Assembly: GCF_963853765.1 (NCBI RefSeq)
Contig: NC_088858.1
Span: forward strand, 12,462,001 to 12,526,000
Length of the DNA stretch: 64,000 nucleotides
Source: Magallana gigas
Lineage: Eukaryota
Reading direction: 5' to 3'
The position numbers and the translations under genes were made by a program. The notes below the pieces were generated by a model. The model saw nothing but the letters and a program-made list of their open reading frames with translations. It was not told the DNA's origin and made no database searches. Shown one piece after another: positions 49,174 to 62,261 of the stretch; the first letter of the stretch is position 1, and every line of letters begins with the position of its first letter.

Positions 49174-52165
49174 GGGCTTTTTTTTTATTCTACGTAGGTA
49201 TATTATTATATATTAAATATCGATTTGAAATACCGCTAAGATTATAATGGAATTGACACCAAAGTGGTTATCAAAAACGTATCAAATTATAAAGAGTATT
49301 CAGTTCTTTTCAAAAAAGGTCAGCTTAAAAGAATGTATTTTCAAGCACACATATTTTCGGGGGCCCAGTGAGCGTAAAATTAATAACTTTGCGTACATTT
49401 AAGAAAAAATTATATGTAGCAAAATGTAACGCGGAATGGCGTTTATACAGTTCTCCATTGTTCTGTTGCATCCTCGTTAAACATTATGTCAAACTTGCTA
49501 TTGGACACGCCTATAAATATTAACAATTTCCATTAATTACACTTCAATCCGCGACTTGAATTAACAGTTTACATAAATATGAGTACCAATGTATCCAAAA
49601 TCGTTATAACTGTACGATATGAACTTTTAATATTAGTTGACATTCCAGGTTGTTGGTGGGTTGTTGTTGTTTTTTTTACTTTTTAAAAATTTGTTTTTAT
49701 ACTTATTTATTATTGCAGATAAGAGTCTTTAACATCATCATTAATTTCCTATATTTTCTTATTTCATTTTTGCAAATGCGAGTTCTTAATCTTATGAATT
49801 CTGTTCGACTGATTTTAAGTAATTTTTTTAATTCGAATAATTTGAGCTTAGACCCGAAATACCAGTATTCTCTAAAAAATACATTCATGGATGTTTGAAA
49901 TGGCAGGTCTTTATCGAACATTGGCTGCTGTTTAATGCAAACTTAAAATGTTTCTAATAATGTCAATGTATTTCAATATATAAACAATTAAACCTTTATG
50001 TTAAGAAGAATATGGTAATCTTGAAATGTGGTAAAATCAATATTCGTATCGTTGAAATAAGAATAAGGAATATTTTAAAGGCATTTTTGACCCCCAGCAA
50101 TCGTCTTCAGAGAAGGTATCAATGTTTACCATATATGGTGAGCGCTTGAATTGCTCTTTCTATATCGTTTCCATATCGCGTAATGCAACTGATGTTGGGA
50201 TCAATAAACAGAATCTAATGCACCAATGCTAATAGAAAATACAATGCAGAAATACAGAAACCAGCATCCAACGGTAAAACTTCATAAATCGTTTATTTAT
50301 TTATTTCATCTAAGTACTATGAACAATTACACTGAGCAAATTATTTAAGCAAAGCTTTTTTAAAAAAAACCATAATTATATAAATATTGATAGTACACAA
50401 GGTTCGAGCTATAGTTTATATAATGTGAGGGTCACACCAGATTGGCCTTCCGTGGGATAGATAAGAATCAAAGCCAGAAGAGACGGTCCAATAACTGGTG
50501 TAACGAACAGATGTTGGATTTCTCGTATTCTGAATATGGGAACGCAAAGGGCACTACATTGAGCGGAGGTACATATGTGTAGGAACGGGGCTTTATACTT
50601 TGTATTTAAGCTTCACATTAAAATGTTAAGCAGTCCAATAAAACTTCTTTAATTTGCGCCGAAATAAAATTCACCTCTCCGTATAATTTGCAAACTATTG
50701 CAATGTTCTGATAAGAAGTTAAGGGTAATAATTTGAGGGGGGGAAATTGGGTAGAGTAATTGGTACTGCGTAAGTTTACCATAAAGTTTTGTTTAGTCTG
50801 CCATTTTGTCAAAATGACATAGATGGCAGAAATTGTCGTCCGTGCACTTTAACCCACATTAAATTGTTCAAATGTTGGTGAGCCCTAGTGAAAATAAACT
50901 TTTCTAACTTAATGTAGTTATCCTTAAACCAAAACGATTTCTGCTCAAGAAATATAAATGACAGTTATAAAAAGTTGTTTTCTATTCCCAGTCATCATAA
51001 TTTTTATGCAACGATTTACTGAATTAATGAATTTAGTTAATTTCTATTTCATGCAGAGGGAAATACACGACAAAAGACCGATTCATAGTGTTACATAAAT
51101 CGAACCTGGAAATCGTCCTTTGTTAAATGGTATTACCAGAGATCAAAATGAATATTAAGTTATCAAGTGCAGTTTTAAATTTGATGTTTTCGCCCAGATG
51201 GGAATAGAGACTTTCTCAATCATACAACGATGCTTTAAGGAAGTTGTCTACATTATGTAAATATTTCTCATATTTCAAATTCAATGTGAAAGCATCGTTC
51301 TATCTATCTAATTATCTATATTTATGTGTGCATTTTTTATTCCTTATCTGAAATAAGGCGTATAATTATTTGTTCAAGTCAATTGTCTTATCTGACTTTC
51401 CTTGTATTTGAAAGGATAGACAAGTGAAGACAACTAATTTGCATATTTAAATACGGCTGTGTTAAACCACAATCACAATGCTACTTCTAGCAGGCCATAC
51501 TGCCACCGCATTGTGAATCTCTTAGGGACCCCCATTTGATAGGTTTCACATGGAGTGTTATTCGGTCAACAGTACTATCATGACAGTTTCCGTTCACCCA
51601 TAGAAAACATTATCTTGATCTCAATACTCATGATATGATCTTGTTCTCGATCTTTTACTTTCAGACGTATTATCATAAAACTACTCCGGACTGATCAGTT
51701 TACTTAACTAACCTGCAGTAGATCAGATGTTCAAAAATATACCTGTTTTATTTGTGGATAAATTTTTTGGGATTATAATACCGCTATTCATTCAGTTTAA
51801 ACCCCCGAATTTTATGACGTACATTTATTACCATGACCTTTCTCGCTTACGTCGAAATCCCCGAACAATAGTTGATTGAGCATTTAAAAACCCTCAATGA
51901 ACTCGTGGGGTTATTTAAAACTGGATAAACTCTATATTAACCCGGTGTCCCCGGTCGTTTGATTATAAAACCTTCGTCGTACCATCCGTGTGTATTGAAT
52001 AATAAATGAACAAATACGGTAAATGCACCAAACAACGCAAAAGTTACGCATATTTTGATCAAAATAAGTAGATAAACAGGATAAGCTTCCCTGGACATTG
52101 TCCAAAATCTGGACATAACACAAATATATACGTAACGTATCATAGCAAAGCTATTGACCTCAGAG

Positions 52166-52168
<3 letters not shown>

Positions 52169-52210
<42 letters not shown>
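52169..52210. repeat. (CT)n microsatellite
   Basis: Direct observation. Confidence 0.95.
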
Positions 52211-52213
<3 letters not shown>

Positions 52214-52611
52214 CTTTTAAACAATCTGGTAAAGATAAGACATTCATGCAGTAAATGTTCAAAGCAATCGGTTTGTCATTTGCTGTATAATAAAATAATC
52301 AAATGAGATTGTTATTTAAAAGGCAATGTCATTGCAACAAAAAAATCATAAAGATTTAACCAAGATGAATGCGAGGTACCACTCGGTGCCCGTCACAAAA
52401 CAGTGTCTTGGCGGGCATTTTGTGTCAGTGTAAATGAAAAATTAGAGTTGCAAATACTTCTTTAAGAACAAAAAAAAAAAACGTAGCTTGGAGGTTTTAA
52501 AGATAAGATTGAGTGCTTATACACACGTGAATTTTTATTTATATAATTTTTTAAGCTGTACATTTTATGTCGTAATACATCACGTCGTCTTGCGGCCCAG
52601 TTGTTAAAATA

Positions 52612-52613
<2 letters not shown>

Positions 52614-52675
<62 letters not shown>
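52614..52675. repeat. (CT)n microsatellite
   Basis: Direct observation. Confidence 0.95.
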
Positions 52676-52678
<3 letters not shown>

Positions 52679-55222
52679 AGTAACAACTTGACCTTCCAAG
52701 CAACTCCCAGACTCTTGATATTTTTTCTCTTTTTTGTAATTTCTCTGAAGACGTTTTGCCTCTGGCAATATTATGATATATAAAACCGCTTATGAATAAT
52801 TCTTTGGATCATTCCGACACTTAAAAATTACAAGCTCTTCTCTATTTACAATGTATGTAAACACTGGTTGTGGCGGAAATAAAAATGGGGGTTCCCCAAT
52901 GGTAAATAAGTCACACTCACTTGAATACAATACAGGTTTATTTTACGTGGACATATAAATAACTTGAGGAAGATTAACGATGCTATATAGGAATTTCCAT
53001 CGTATGACTTTTAAAACAATAATTTAAGCCTTGTTCTTTATAAAGCTAGCATGAAGAGGCGTTTCAATGCACTATACCCATAAAGGAGTTATTTTGATAC
53101 CGACCATATATGGATGATTCGAAACATATGTATCCTAATGAATTATTAGTTTTCGAATCCAATTATTTACACTGAAATTCAAATTGTGCATGAGTAAATC
53201 TAAAGATTTAAGTTAGTTTTAGTGATATATAAATCATTTTCATCCGAAATCAGAAACACAGACCATGTATAAGAAGTAGTTGGAATGTTTGTGTTCTTCA
53301 AAACAAATGTATACACATGTAGATATTTTATGATATTGTTTCCAAAGACCAAAATTCACAATGATAGAAACTATTGCAAATGATCAGAAGGCGTATTTTA
53401 AATTATCATGTGTAGAAGGGGGTCTATAAGCGACACAAACAGAGAGTTGATTCCAGCCTCAAGTTAATTGTCGAGTCTGAGATTGACGATGTTGTATCGT
53501 TTATAGCAAAAAAAAAACCAACCAGTCATTCCAGGTGTGTAAGAAACAATTGAAGTGTGTAAGTATATGGAGGAGATGATTTTACACTTTTGCTGATCAG
53601 AACAAGACTCCTGTTTACTATGCAGTACATTAATTTCACCACAGAAAGTGACAAGTGTCGTCAAAGAACAAGGTAGAGCGGCTGACAGAAGTTGACTTGG
53701 TACGAGACTGACGGACGACTGACAGTTATGGATGCCTTCTGAATACATTACAGCCCACAGGAAACAAGTAAGTGTACGGCAATACACTAAAACTGTTGGC
53801 ATTGTGTTTTCTATAGCTTTTTGTTCTGGTATCGAGAAGCACCACAAAACTGATCTGATGAATAATTTGTCCATATTTAATAGAGTGTTTCTGACTTATA
53901 TTTTATAACAGTGTGCAAGTATGTAATTGTAAATGCTAATGAACTTCGATATCAATCAATAAAGATTTGCATGTTTAAAAGCAAACTTTGAAAACTTTCG
54001 GATATAAAGTACAAGTAGTCAGCTAAACAGAACCTGCATATTAAATACCAACATTTATTAGATTTAAAAAGACATATACTTTACACTTTATTGATTTCAT
54101 CTAAATTATGAATTTTAAACAGATTGAATAGGCAAGAACCTGAAAGTACTGTTGTGTTTTAAAAAGTTGGCCTTTTTTACACACATTCTCTAACAATGTA
54201 AAAGATATACTAGTAATATCATACGCCGCTTAAAATTCGTCCATTTACGATCACATTATTGGACAAATAATTCTTGCAATGCATAATTTACCTTATATAC
54301 ATTGTATGAGGATGGACCGTTTTACCTAGTGTTTAATAGTATTTATATATAGGCGAATGATTTTTTTCTCCAGCAAAAATAAGGATCATTTCGCCGTTCG
54401 CGTAAGCTTCTAAATTTAAGCAAACAAGTTCAATGAATGTTGAATGTAAGGACAGACCGTGTGAACTAGATGAATTCATTGATGTAAGACTTATAATCCT
54501 AGCTTTATAGAGGGATTAAAATGGGTGTTACGTGACTGGGGTTTAGGGGGAATTCAAATGAAAAATTTTCGGGGATCCTTTTTTTGCGCCAATAATACAA
54601 AATCTTTGCTGATAATCCTGAAATCCCCGATCATGATATCCTCTGGATTTTAACAAATTTGCCACCTCAAAGTTAAAATAGCTTACTACCTACAGGGAAC
54701 ATAGACTCGTACTTTTATAATGACTACTACCATTCACTATATATATATATATATAATCCAAAAGTTCGTGAGAGAGATACTTGTTAATCAGAAGCTGTCT
54801 GAAATCTATCGGCAAAAATAATTTCTATTTGTCACATTTTTCTTTTGATCCGTTCAATAAATCTTTCTTCAATCTCCAGGGAGAGTGAAGACGGGCGCTA
54901 CAAAACCATTTACTGAAACTTGAGCCTTTTCGTCAGATACTCTCGCCTCATACGGACATCACAGAAAGATAATAAAAATATATTACTAATATGGTTGACG
55001 ATAACGTCACTGACACTTTAAGACATATCTTTGATTTTCAGGTTTTATATTACACCAGCAAATGAAACACCTTTCAATAATGGAATATTTCACTTCTCTG
55101 AGAACTTTGCAGGTCAATCCTTTTTTCAATCAATTGACAAGAGAAAATCTACGACGAAGGTTTGGCAATGAAAAAAAAATGGTCAAAGATTTGTAACATT
55201 GTCAAGATAACGGTATTTCTAT

Positions 55223-55264
<42 letters not shown>

Positions 55265-56029
55265 CACACGTTAAATAAAGTTCTCTCTCTCATACACACA
55301 CGTTAAATAAAGTACAACTCATACTACCTTTTGGAAACTAATATATTTTCTCACCTGAGCATTTAATTAATTCAACAAAAACAACAGTGTTACACTGTGA
55401 AAGGATAACAGCGTAGTTTTTTAATATGATATGATTAATTTGAAATATGATAATTCTGAGATGTGAATCGGTGCAGGAAAATGTGTGTCTAACAAATGAG
55501 TTACAAAAGTACGTGTATAAGCTATAGTGTATGTTTTACTACCGAGTGAATGGTGTTGTCACAAAGATTCTATAATTGCACTTCATGCAGTGAGAATAAG
55601 ACATCTTAGACACGCTGGATGACATGGTAATCTGTGTGTTATCTGTATCTACACTGGCAAATTTCAAGGACCTTCGGAAATGCTTTACGTACAACAATTA
55701 TATATATACTTCCAGATTTTCTGTTTTATTTTATTTCTGTTTCAGTGCCCATGCATTACTACTTGAGACAACGACCGTTTTGAATCATATCGTATTCACT
55801 TTCTTTCACTTTCGAAGCTATAAAGACATTAATTAATTCGAAAGTACTTATGGTGAGTCAGTGATATATCAAGTTGAAATATGTTGGATACAGAAAAAGT
55901 ATCGCAAGGCTCTGATATTTACTCCCTAATGTTTTTTTTTTCATACAGAATTGTATACAGATATCGGACATAAGGGGGCTTGTTGGTCGACGTCATTTTT
56001 AGACTGTATTACTATCATTATAAAAAGGA

Positions 56030-56065
<36 letters not shown>

Positions 56066-56725
56066 ATATGGGAAAATATTTAAATTTTAAAGCTAAGACA
56101 TTTGGATCTTTTTTTGTTACTAAAAATATTTTATACCTTAACAAATCAAATTTAAGGAAAATCTTGTAGGCGACTTGTTGACCATTGAGCCCCCTGAAAA
56201 CACTGGCTTAAAATTTCTTTAGTTGATTTGTCGGTTTATTGAAATAGTCGAATTCTAACGAATATCGGTACTACAGCAGCGTAATATCGAACTGCATGAT
56301 GCTATGTTCACTAATATTAGACTGCCAAATGTAAACAATTTTTAGAATACGGGAACAGGTTGATGAAACCACAGCAGATTTTAATCCTATGATGTACATT
56401 TATCTTATATACACTGTACTAAATTCTTATCCTTCAATGTCAAAAAATCGAGTCATTATTTTCCCATTATGTCTCATTGTTATAGTAAATTAAATTCATA
56501 TAATTCTGTTTAAAGTAATTGCATACAATGTTTGATGGTGTGTTAGCTCTTAAATAACATCAGTGACAAATAAATTACTGCAAAAGATACGCTTACATAA
56601 CTATGGTACGCTAAAATGACATATTATAGGAACAGCCATAGCATGTTAGTTTTCAAATGTAATATGGTATGCTAAGATAACAGAATAATAATAAGAAGCG
56701 ACTGATGTAATGTTAATATATAACA

Positions 56726-56971
56726 AGGCCCATAAAAAATTGTGTTAAAGGTAACACTGATTAAAAAATGAGGTAGGTAGGGATTTTTTTTTTAATTTTA
56801 TCATATTTTTTTCTGCATGAATCCTAAGAATGTTTGTTTGTGTCATATTTAAAAACAGATTTTTTAATAGAAATGATATAAAATTCACAATCGAAAAAAA
56901 CCCAGACATTTAAAAATGGTAGGATCAGGGCATTTTGTAGGCCTTAACACACAACGTTTATTTTTAGGCCC
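56726..56971. mobile_element. MITE with imperfect TIRs
   Basis: Left end AGGCCCATAAAAAATTGTGTTAAAGG; right end reverse complement GGGCCTAAAAATAAACGTTGTGTGTTAAGG. Confidence 0.4.
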
Positions 56972-58560
56972 AACGGTTTACTACTATTATGACTGCACGC
57001 TCTGATACTGTTATACAAGCTCATATCTTGCTGCAAGACAAGAAGTAATGCATTACATACATGTACGTGTAGATGTACGTGTACCAATACCATTAGACCA
57101 AACTCAGCGGCAGCAACGAAGGTCTGAATACTTATATTGAAACTACTCTTATCTGGAAAAGATGCGCCAAGTGGTTGCTGTAATAAGCATGCAGGGGTTG
57201 TCTTTCTTCATTTGGGTTAGCCCATGGTATATTGATCTTGCTTAGGTGGATAAAATTAATAGGTTTAAATTATAAGTGAATCCATGTCTTCTTTTTGGAG
57301 GTTATTTCATTATTAATGAAAAATTCAGCTGCACATTTTTTCTCTACATCCTCTCAAGATAGGTCGGATGAACTAGGTATCAAATGGAAAAATATTTATT
57401 TAAATGTTTGTAACTGTTAATTAAGCATAATCCAGTTTTGTGAACGAAAATTGAAATGATTTAGACAGATGGTGAACAGGAAATCAATCTTTAATCTGAA
57501 GGACATGGGATACTCAACCAAAAAAAAAAAAGGAAAAGAAATGAAAACTTGTGAATATAAGGAAGTTTTCGACAAAAGCCGATCTTATTTTTGCATTTTT
57601 CCTTGTATCTACTGTATGTTGAAATCTCGAAAAAAGCACATTCTTGGTCAAATAGGTACATCTTACATATAAATCAATTAATCAAATTTAGTCTTCAAAC
57701 AAATAATACGCTTTAAATGGCTAAATATTATTAACATGTAAAATTCACTTTCCATGCGTCTTTCATGATTCTAAACAAGTTCTAAGGAAACATGTATGAT
57801 AAACTGTTTTATTATACATACATTAGAATTGTATGTTCCAAAACTACAACAAAGTTTGCACATGGGATGTCTCCATTACTGAACATTATGACAGGCAATA
57901 AAATCCTTTTTATTATATTCTGGATATCATGATGTTATATCGATTTGAATAGGTCCTTGTCTAGCCTTTACAAAGACTTTAATAGGGCTGCATAGACATT
58001 GTCTTATTTAGACTTTATTAATTTCCTTAAGAAGAAGAGCCTTTTTTAAAGATATAGGAAAATATTCAAATTTTAAAGAAAAAATAATTTGATTTATTCT
58101 TTACTGAATAAATATTTTATAGCAAAAAATAATCATAAATTTAAATATTTGTTAGGCTTGTTGATTACTTTGGTGCCCACCCATTCCCCTTGAAGCTGCA
58201 ATTACGTTGCTTTCTCTGATTACACTGTACATTATTGCTGTGTTTATTTAAACAATAAAATACTTTCTTTGGTGATTCATTCGGGATATGAAGGTAGCGG
58301 CATTGCAGGAAAAATACACAACCGGCGCTAACGAGTTGTGTATTTTTATTTATTTTTTCTACAATGATCGTTACCCTTATAACGCACATGAATCATCAAA
58401 GAAAGTTTTATATTACCATCTTTTTAACTAATTAATAAATTGATTACGAAAAGTAAGTAAAATTCACTAAATTACTATTAATGTTCATAAGAACGAGCCA
58501 AATCATCTCTTGTGAGACTTTGATCTTAACATCATCTTTTCTTAGGTCGCTGTAGGTTAC

Positions 58561-58668
58561 GACCAATCGATAAACAGTGCGTGTCAATTTCAGTCCTGTC
58601 CGTTTCTTGTCAGTTTCAGCTGCTGTAGATTTCGACCAATCAATAAACGGGGCGTGTCAATTTCAGTC
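58561..58668. repeat. Duplicated 35-bp motif, probably the interior of a transposon
   Basis: GACCAATCGATAAACAGTGCGTGTCAATTTCAGTC (58561) and GACCAATCAATAAACGGGGCGTGTCAATTTCAGTC (58634). Confidence 0.55.
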
Positions 58669-59451
58669 TTCATGGCTGTTTTTATAGAGCTATAAATTAA
58701 TAAGTTTCGGAATACTACTTAATAGATGTAAATATAATGATTTGTCATGCAAAATGTTAAACTTAAAGGAATAAACTCACCCAACAGATTGTTTTAAAAT
58801 GATATTTTCATAGATCTTTTTTCAGTTAACTTAACAATTATACTGGGGGGTTTTAAAACAGCATTCAATTTAAGGTCATGGCAAAATGTGAAGGAAAAAG
58901 TCCTTCGGGGGATTTGCCGTTCGATGCACAAACTTTTTAAACTATAGAAAGTATTTATGAGATGCAAGACACGGCTAATTTAAAGCTAATCTTTTTTCTG
59001 CAACAGTTATAAGCATCAAGTATTCGACGGTGGCAAACATTATACATTGTGTGTGGTAAACGTAATGTCATCATTGAATATTTAAAACAATTTTCCACCG
59101 GGTTCTGTGTTTAATTTTTGATGCAGCGAGACATTGTTTTAGTTTTATAGTACAGATGATTCCAGAGCAGTCATAGATATCTGTGTGTTTTTGACACACT
59201 TTTTTTAGTTCTCTACTGACCTTTGATGACGTCAATGGAACATCAATAATTCTAGGCTTACCTTTTATAAATAACCTTGGGACTAAAACACAAACCTGTT
59301 CCAAAACATGTTGAAAATATTACGCATTTCAACATATTAATAAATTATTTTTAATTGCTGGTTTTGTTGTTAGAATTAAAAAAAAATAAATCTCCTGGTA
59401 ATTCTATCTTGAACTCTTGACTAATACGCATGCACACAAAAAAAAATACAC

Positions 59452-61965
59452 CTACCCCATTGTTGACGTCGAATCTTCGGGATCATCTCTGCTGGGTGTG
59501 GCCAATAGTCGATGATATGTCCTCGCTTTGCGTCGCGTGTCAAAACTTTGACCCTGGTTAAACTCTGAACGACTAGCCTGCCTGTACAAAGCATCGTAAG
59601 TGCTACACTCAGTACTTAAACCCGACCCCCCGGGAATATCAGCAGTATTAATAGATAACTGTTGGTGACTTCTGGGGACATGGTAATCGGGTACGTGTAC
59701 GTGGGGATAGGACTGGTCCTGTGGTTCCGTTTTCATTTTAGTGTACGTATATTGACAATTATCTCCATATTCCAAGACTTGTGCTACATTAGACTGTTGT
59801 TGTTGGACATTGCGTCTGAATTTGAATGGAATGGGTCCAGTGTTAGAGGAATGATGCGTTTGGGGATACATGCAAGCAAACAGACTTGTGGAATACCTAT
59901 CCTGTGTACTGCATGGAAGAACGGTAGCGCGACAGCCAACCCCACTGAATTGAAAGATAATTTTCTTGTTATATTGAATTTCAATTTCCAGTTAATAAGC
60001 ATTCAAAAAGATCTTTAATTCAGAAGATGTTTTATCTAAATATTATTACATGTATTTGTTCGAAACTTCACCCCCTCCCCATGCACACCCATCCCCATGC
60101 ACACACATTACAAAAACGCACGTGTGCCGCGAGTAAAATATGTATTGGTTTCTAACATACGATCGGGAGTGGCACCATATACGTCCTTATTATCACTTCA
60201 TTACCTTCCTTTTATAGAATATCTGTCTATAGGTTGCTTATACCTTCTTCTTCTTTTCTTTTTTTTTTACAATAACACTTTCAGCTTAATCCGAATCTTT
60301 AGTTCATATATGTATAGAGCAGAGCAAAGTGTAGTATATTTATCTATTTCATATTTTGACGAGTAATTTATTTTAAATTTGTTAAAGTTTTCCCGAGACA
60401 TTTCAAGGTAAAGTGTCAGAAAATTAATTAAGCAATAAATCCAGCAGGCCATAAGGTAAACATAACAGATAAAATCCTCATGGTTTTAACTATGTGTTAT
60501 TCTTAACCCCTCCCCCAGTTTGCCTCAATCTTGTACAGTGTTTGTGCGAAAGTTTTAGATCGCCTAAGATTATAAAAAGATGTCGATATGTTGGCTTTTC
60601 TTTATTTATAAATGTAGCTAATAATCATTTTCCATTTTTAATTAGTTTTTCTAAATCTAATTTTAATTTTATATATTAGCAATTGTTTTTTGCTCAAATG
60701 TCAACTTCAACACGAAGTTTAATTTGCAACAAAATTAATAATACGTCACGAATTCCGAAATTTGAACAACAATAAAGACGACATGATCGGCAGATAAATA
60801 TAAGTTTAGTGACTGGAAACAAACATTTATATTTTGGCCCTAGACATTATAGTAATTTAAAACATAACCTCAATTCTAAATACGATCAATTTATTAAGTT
60901 AATATGCTATAACTTTAATTTGATTCAGCACCCACTCTCTCTTTCTCCCCCCCCCCCCCCCTCTCTCTCTCTTACAATCACGATAAGAAAACATTTTGTA
61001 ATAAAAGTTTTAAAACGATTTATAATCTTTGTATATTTTTATAAAAATGAAATTCCACACTGTGATAAAATCAAGAATTATATTTAAACTACTGAAATTT
61101 AATTATTTAATCTACTGAAACTTCATTTATATCTTTGAAAAACCCTTAAATTACAATGTCCTGTTTTCATAATATATCATGTTTCCTTCTAGCCCTGGGT
61201 GGGTGTAGATATTAATCACTGCAGGGTTTCCCCAAAATCTTATACAATTAACCTCTGCTGGTGCTTTTAATTTTTTTTTTTACTTAAAAAATCTGCGTGT
61301 CCTAAAGTTTCAAGCTATTATAACAATTTTGTTTCACACCATTAAGGAAAATAAATTACAATAGAGTGCTGACCTTGTATTCTCAATGTTGACAAAATTT
61401 TGCCCCATCTGACTGTACTGAATGGGCATCTTCTCATCGGTGTCAGTCTTAAAGGGGTCATACAGATGTGACCTTGTTGTTAGGTCGAGCGTGTCGTCCA
61501 AGCTCTGGCGACGGCTGAGGGTGGAGGATGGGCCAGGGTTTAACCCAAGGTCCAGACTCTTTGATACGCCCTTCTCCAGCCGTGGACGACTGGACATCCT
61601 CTGAGAACACGACCGCTCGGAAAAGTCCGCCAGTGGATTGTAAGTGTCCCTGGGGGTGGAACCCTCGCCCGACTCCGTCCAAGGAGGTGCTGCACGGGTA
61701 GAGGTGTAAGAGACGGTAGCCGACCCTCGCTGATAGAAGTTTGATATAGTTATCGGGATGTCGTGTTCGAATTCACAGGAAGCTCTCCGATATTGAGTGG
61801 AGGAACTCGAGGCCGGTCCGTGAGGTGTATTGGAGCCGTATCCACTCTGCGAGAAGTCCAGGGGTAGGCGTTGTCGAGATGACCCAGGGTTATCCATAGC
61901 AAAGACGTTCAAATCCTGCGTCGTTGAAAGCAATGGTGCGCCCGTCTCTTTCACTTCACCAAAGA
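59452..61965 (-). CDS. Uncharacterised Ser/Thr/Gln-rich, probably disordered protein (338 aa or more; both ends uncertain)
   Basis: Two long GC-richer open exons, 61965-61374 and 59944-59452, joined in frame by a GT-AG phase-2 intron (NIENTR|SGVGC). The first in-frame ATG is at 61897. I recognise no domain. Candidate micro-exons lie at 63204-63187 and 59282-59262. Confidence 0.65.
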
Positions 61966-62207
61966 CTGGGAGAAAAAGAATCAAATTAGCGTTCATTTTC
62001 TCTCTTACTACAAAATTTAATCAAAGGATACAATATATCACTGTTACATGCACTAGTTGTACATATTGATTTACCTATATAGAAAGCGCATCTGACCCTT
62101 AACAAATGCAGTGTGCGTCAAGTTTGACGCAGTGTAAACTGAAACTTCAGGTAAACGTACCCGTGAGCCACCTCAGTAAGACTATCATCTGTTTGTAGGT
62201 TCGAGCG

Positions 62208-62261
62208 TATTTAAACTACACGTGCGATGACGTAGTACCAATTGATTGGCCCTCCACGTAA
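62208..62261 (-). promoter_or_regulatory. Candidate proximal promoter of the uncharacterised gene
   Basis: TTACGTGG 62254-62261, CCAAT 62245-62249 (minus) and 62238-62242 (plus), TGACGTA 62228-62234, CACGTG 62219-62224, TTTAAATA 62208-62215. A donor TATAG|GTAAAT follows at 62075. Confidence 0.5.

Noticed and set aside
42245-53113. Enrichment of CArG boxes around NPAS4
   Set aside because: A rough composition-based expectation is about 5 per 64 kb, similar to the number seen, so it is not significant on its own.
53464-53874. 136-aa minus-strand ORF
   Set aside because: No domain, and no splice path linking it to neighbouring genes.
55041-55112. Peptide FYITPANETPFNNGIFHFS resembling a ubiquitin-conjugating E2 strand
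   Set aside because: No flanking in-frame exons and no catalytic HPN..C motif; probably chance.
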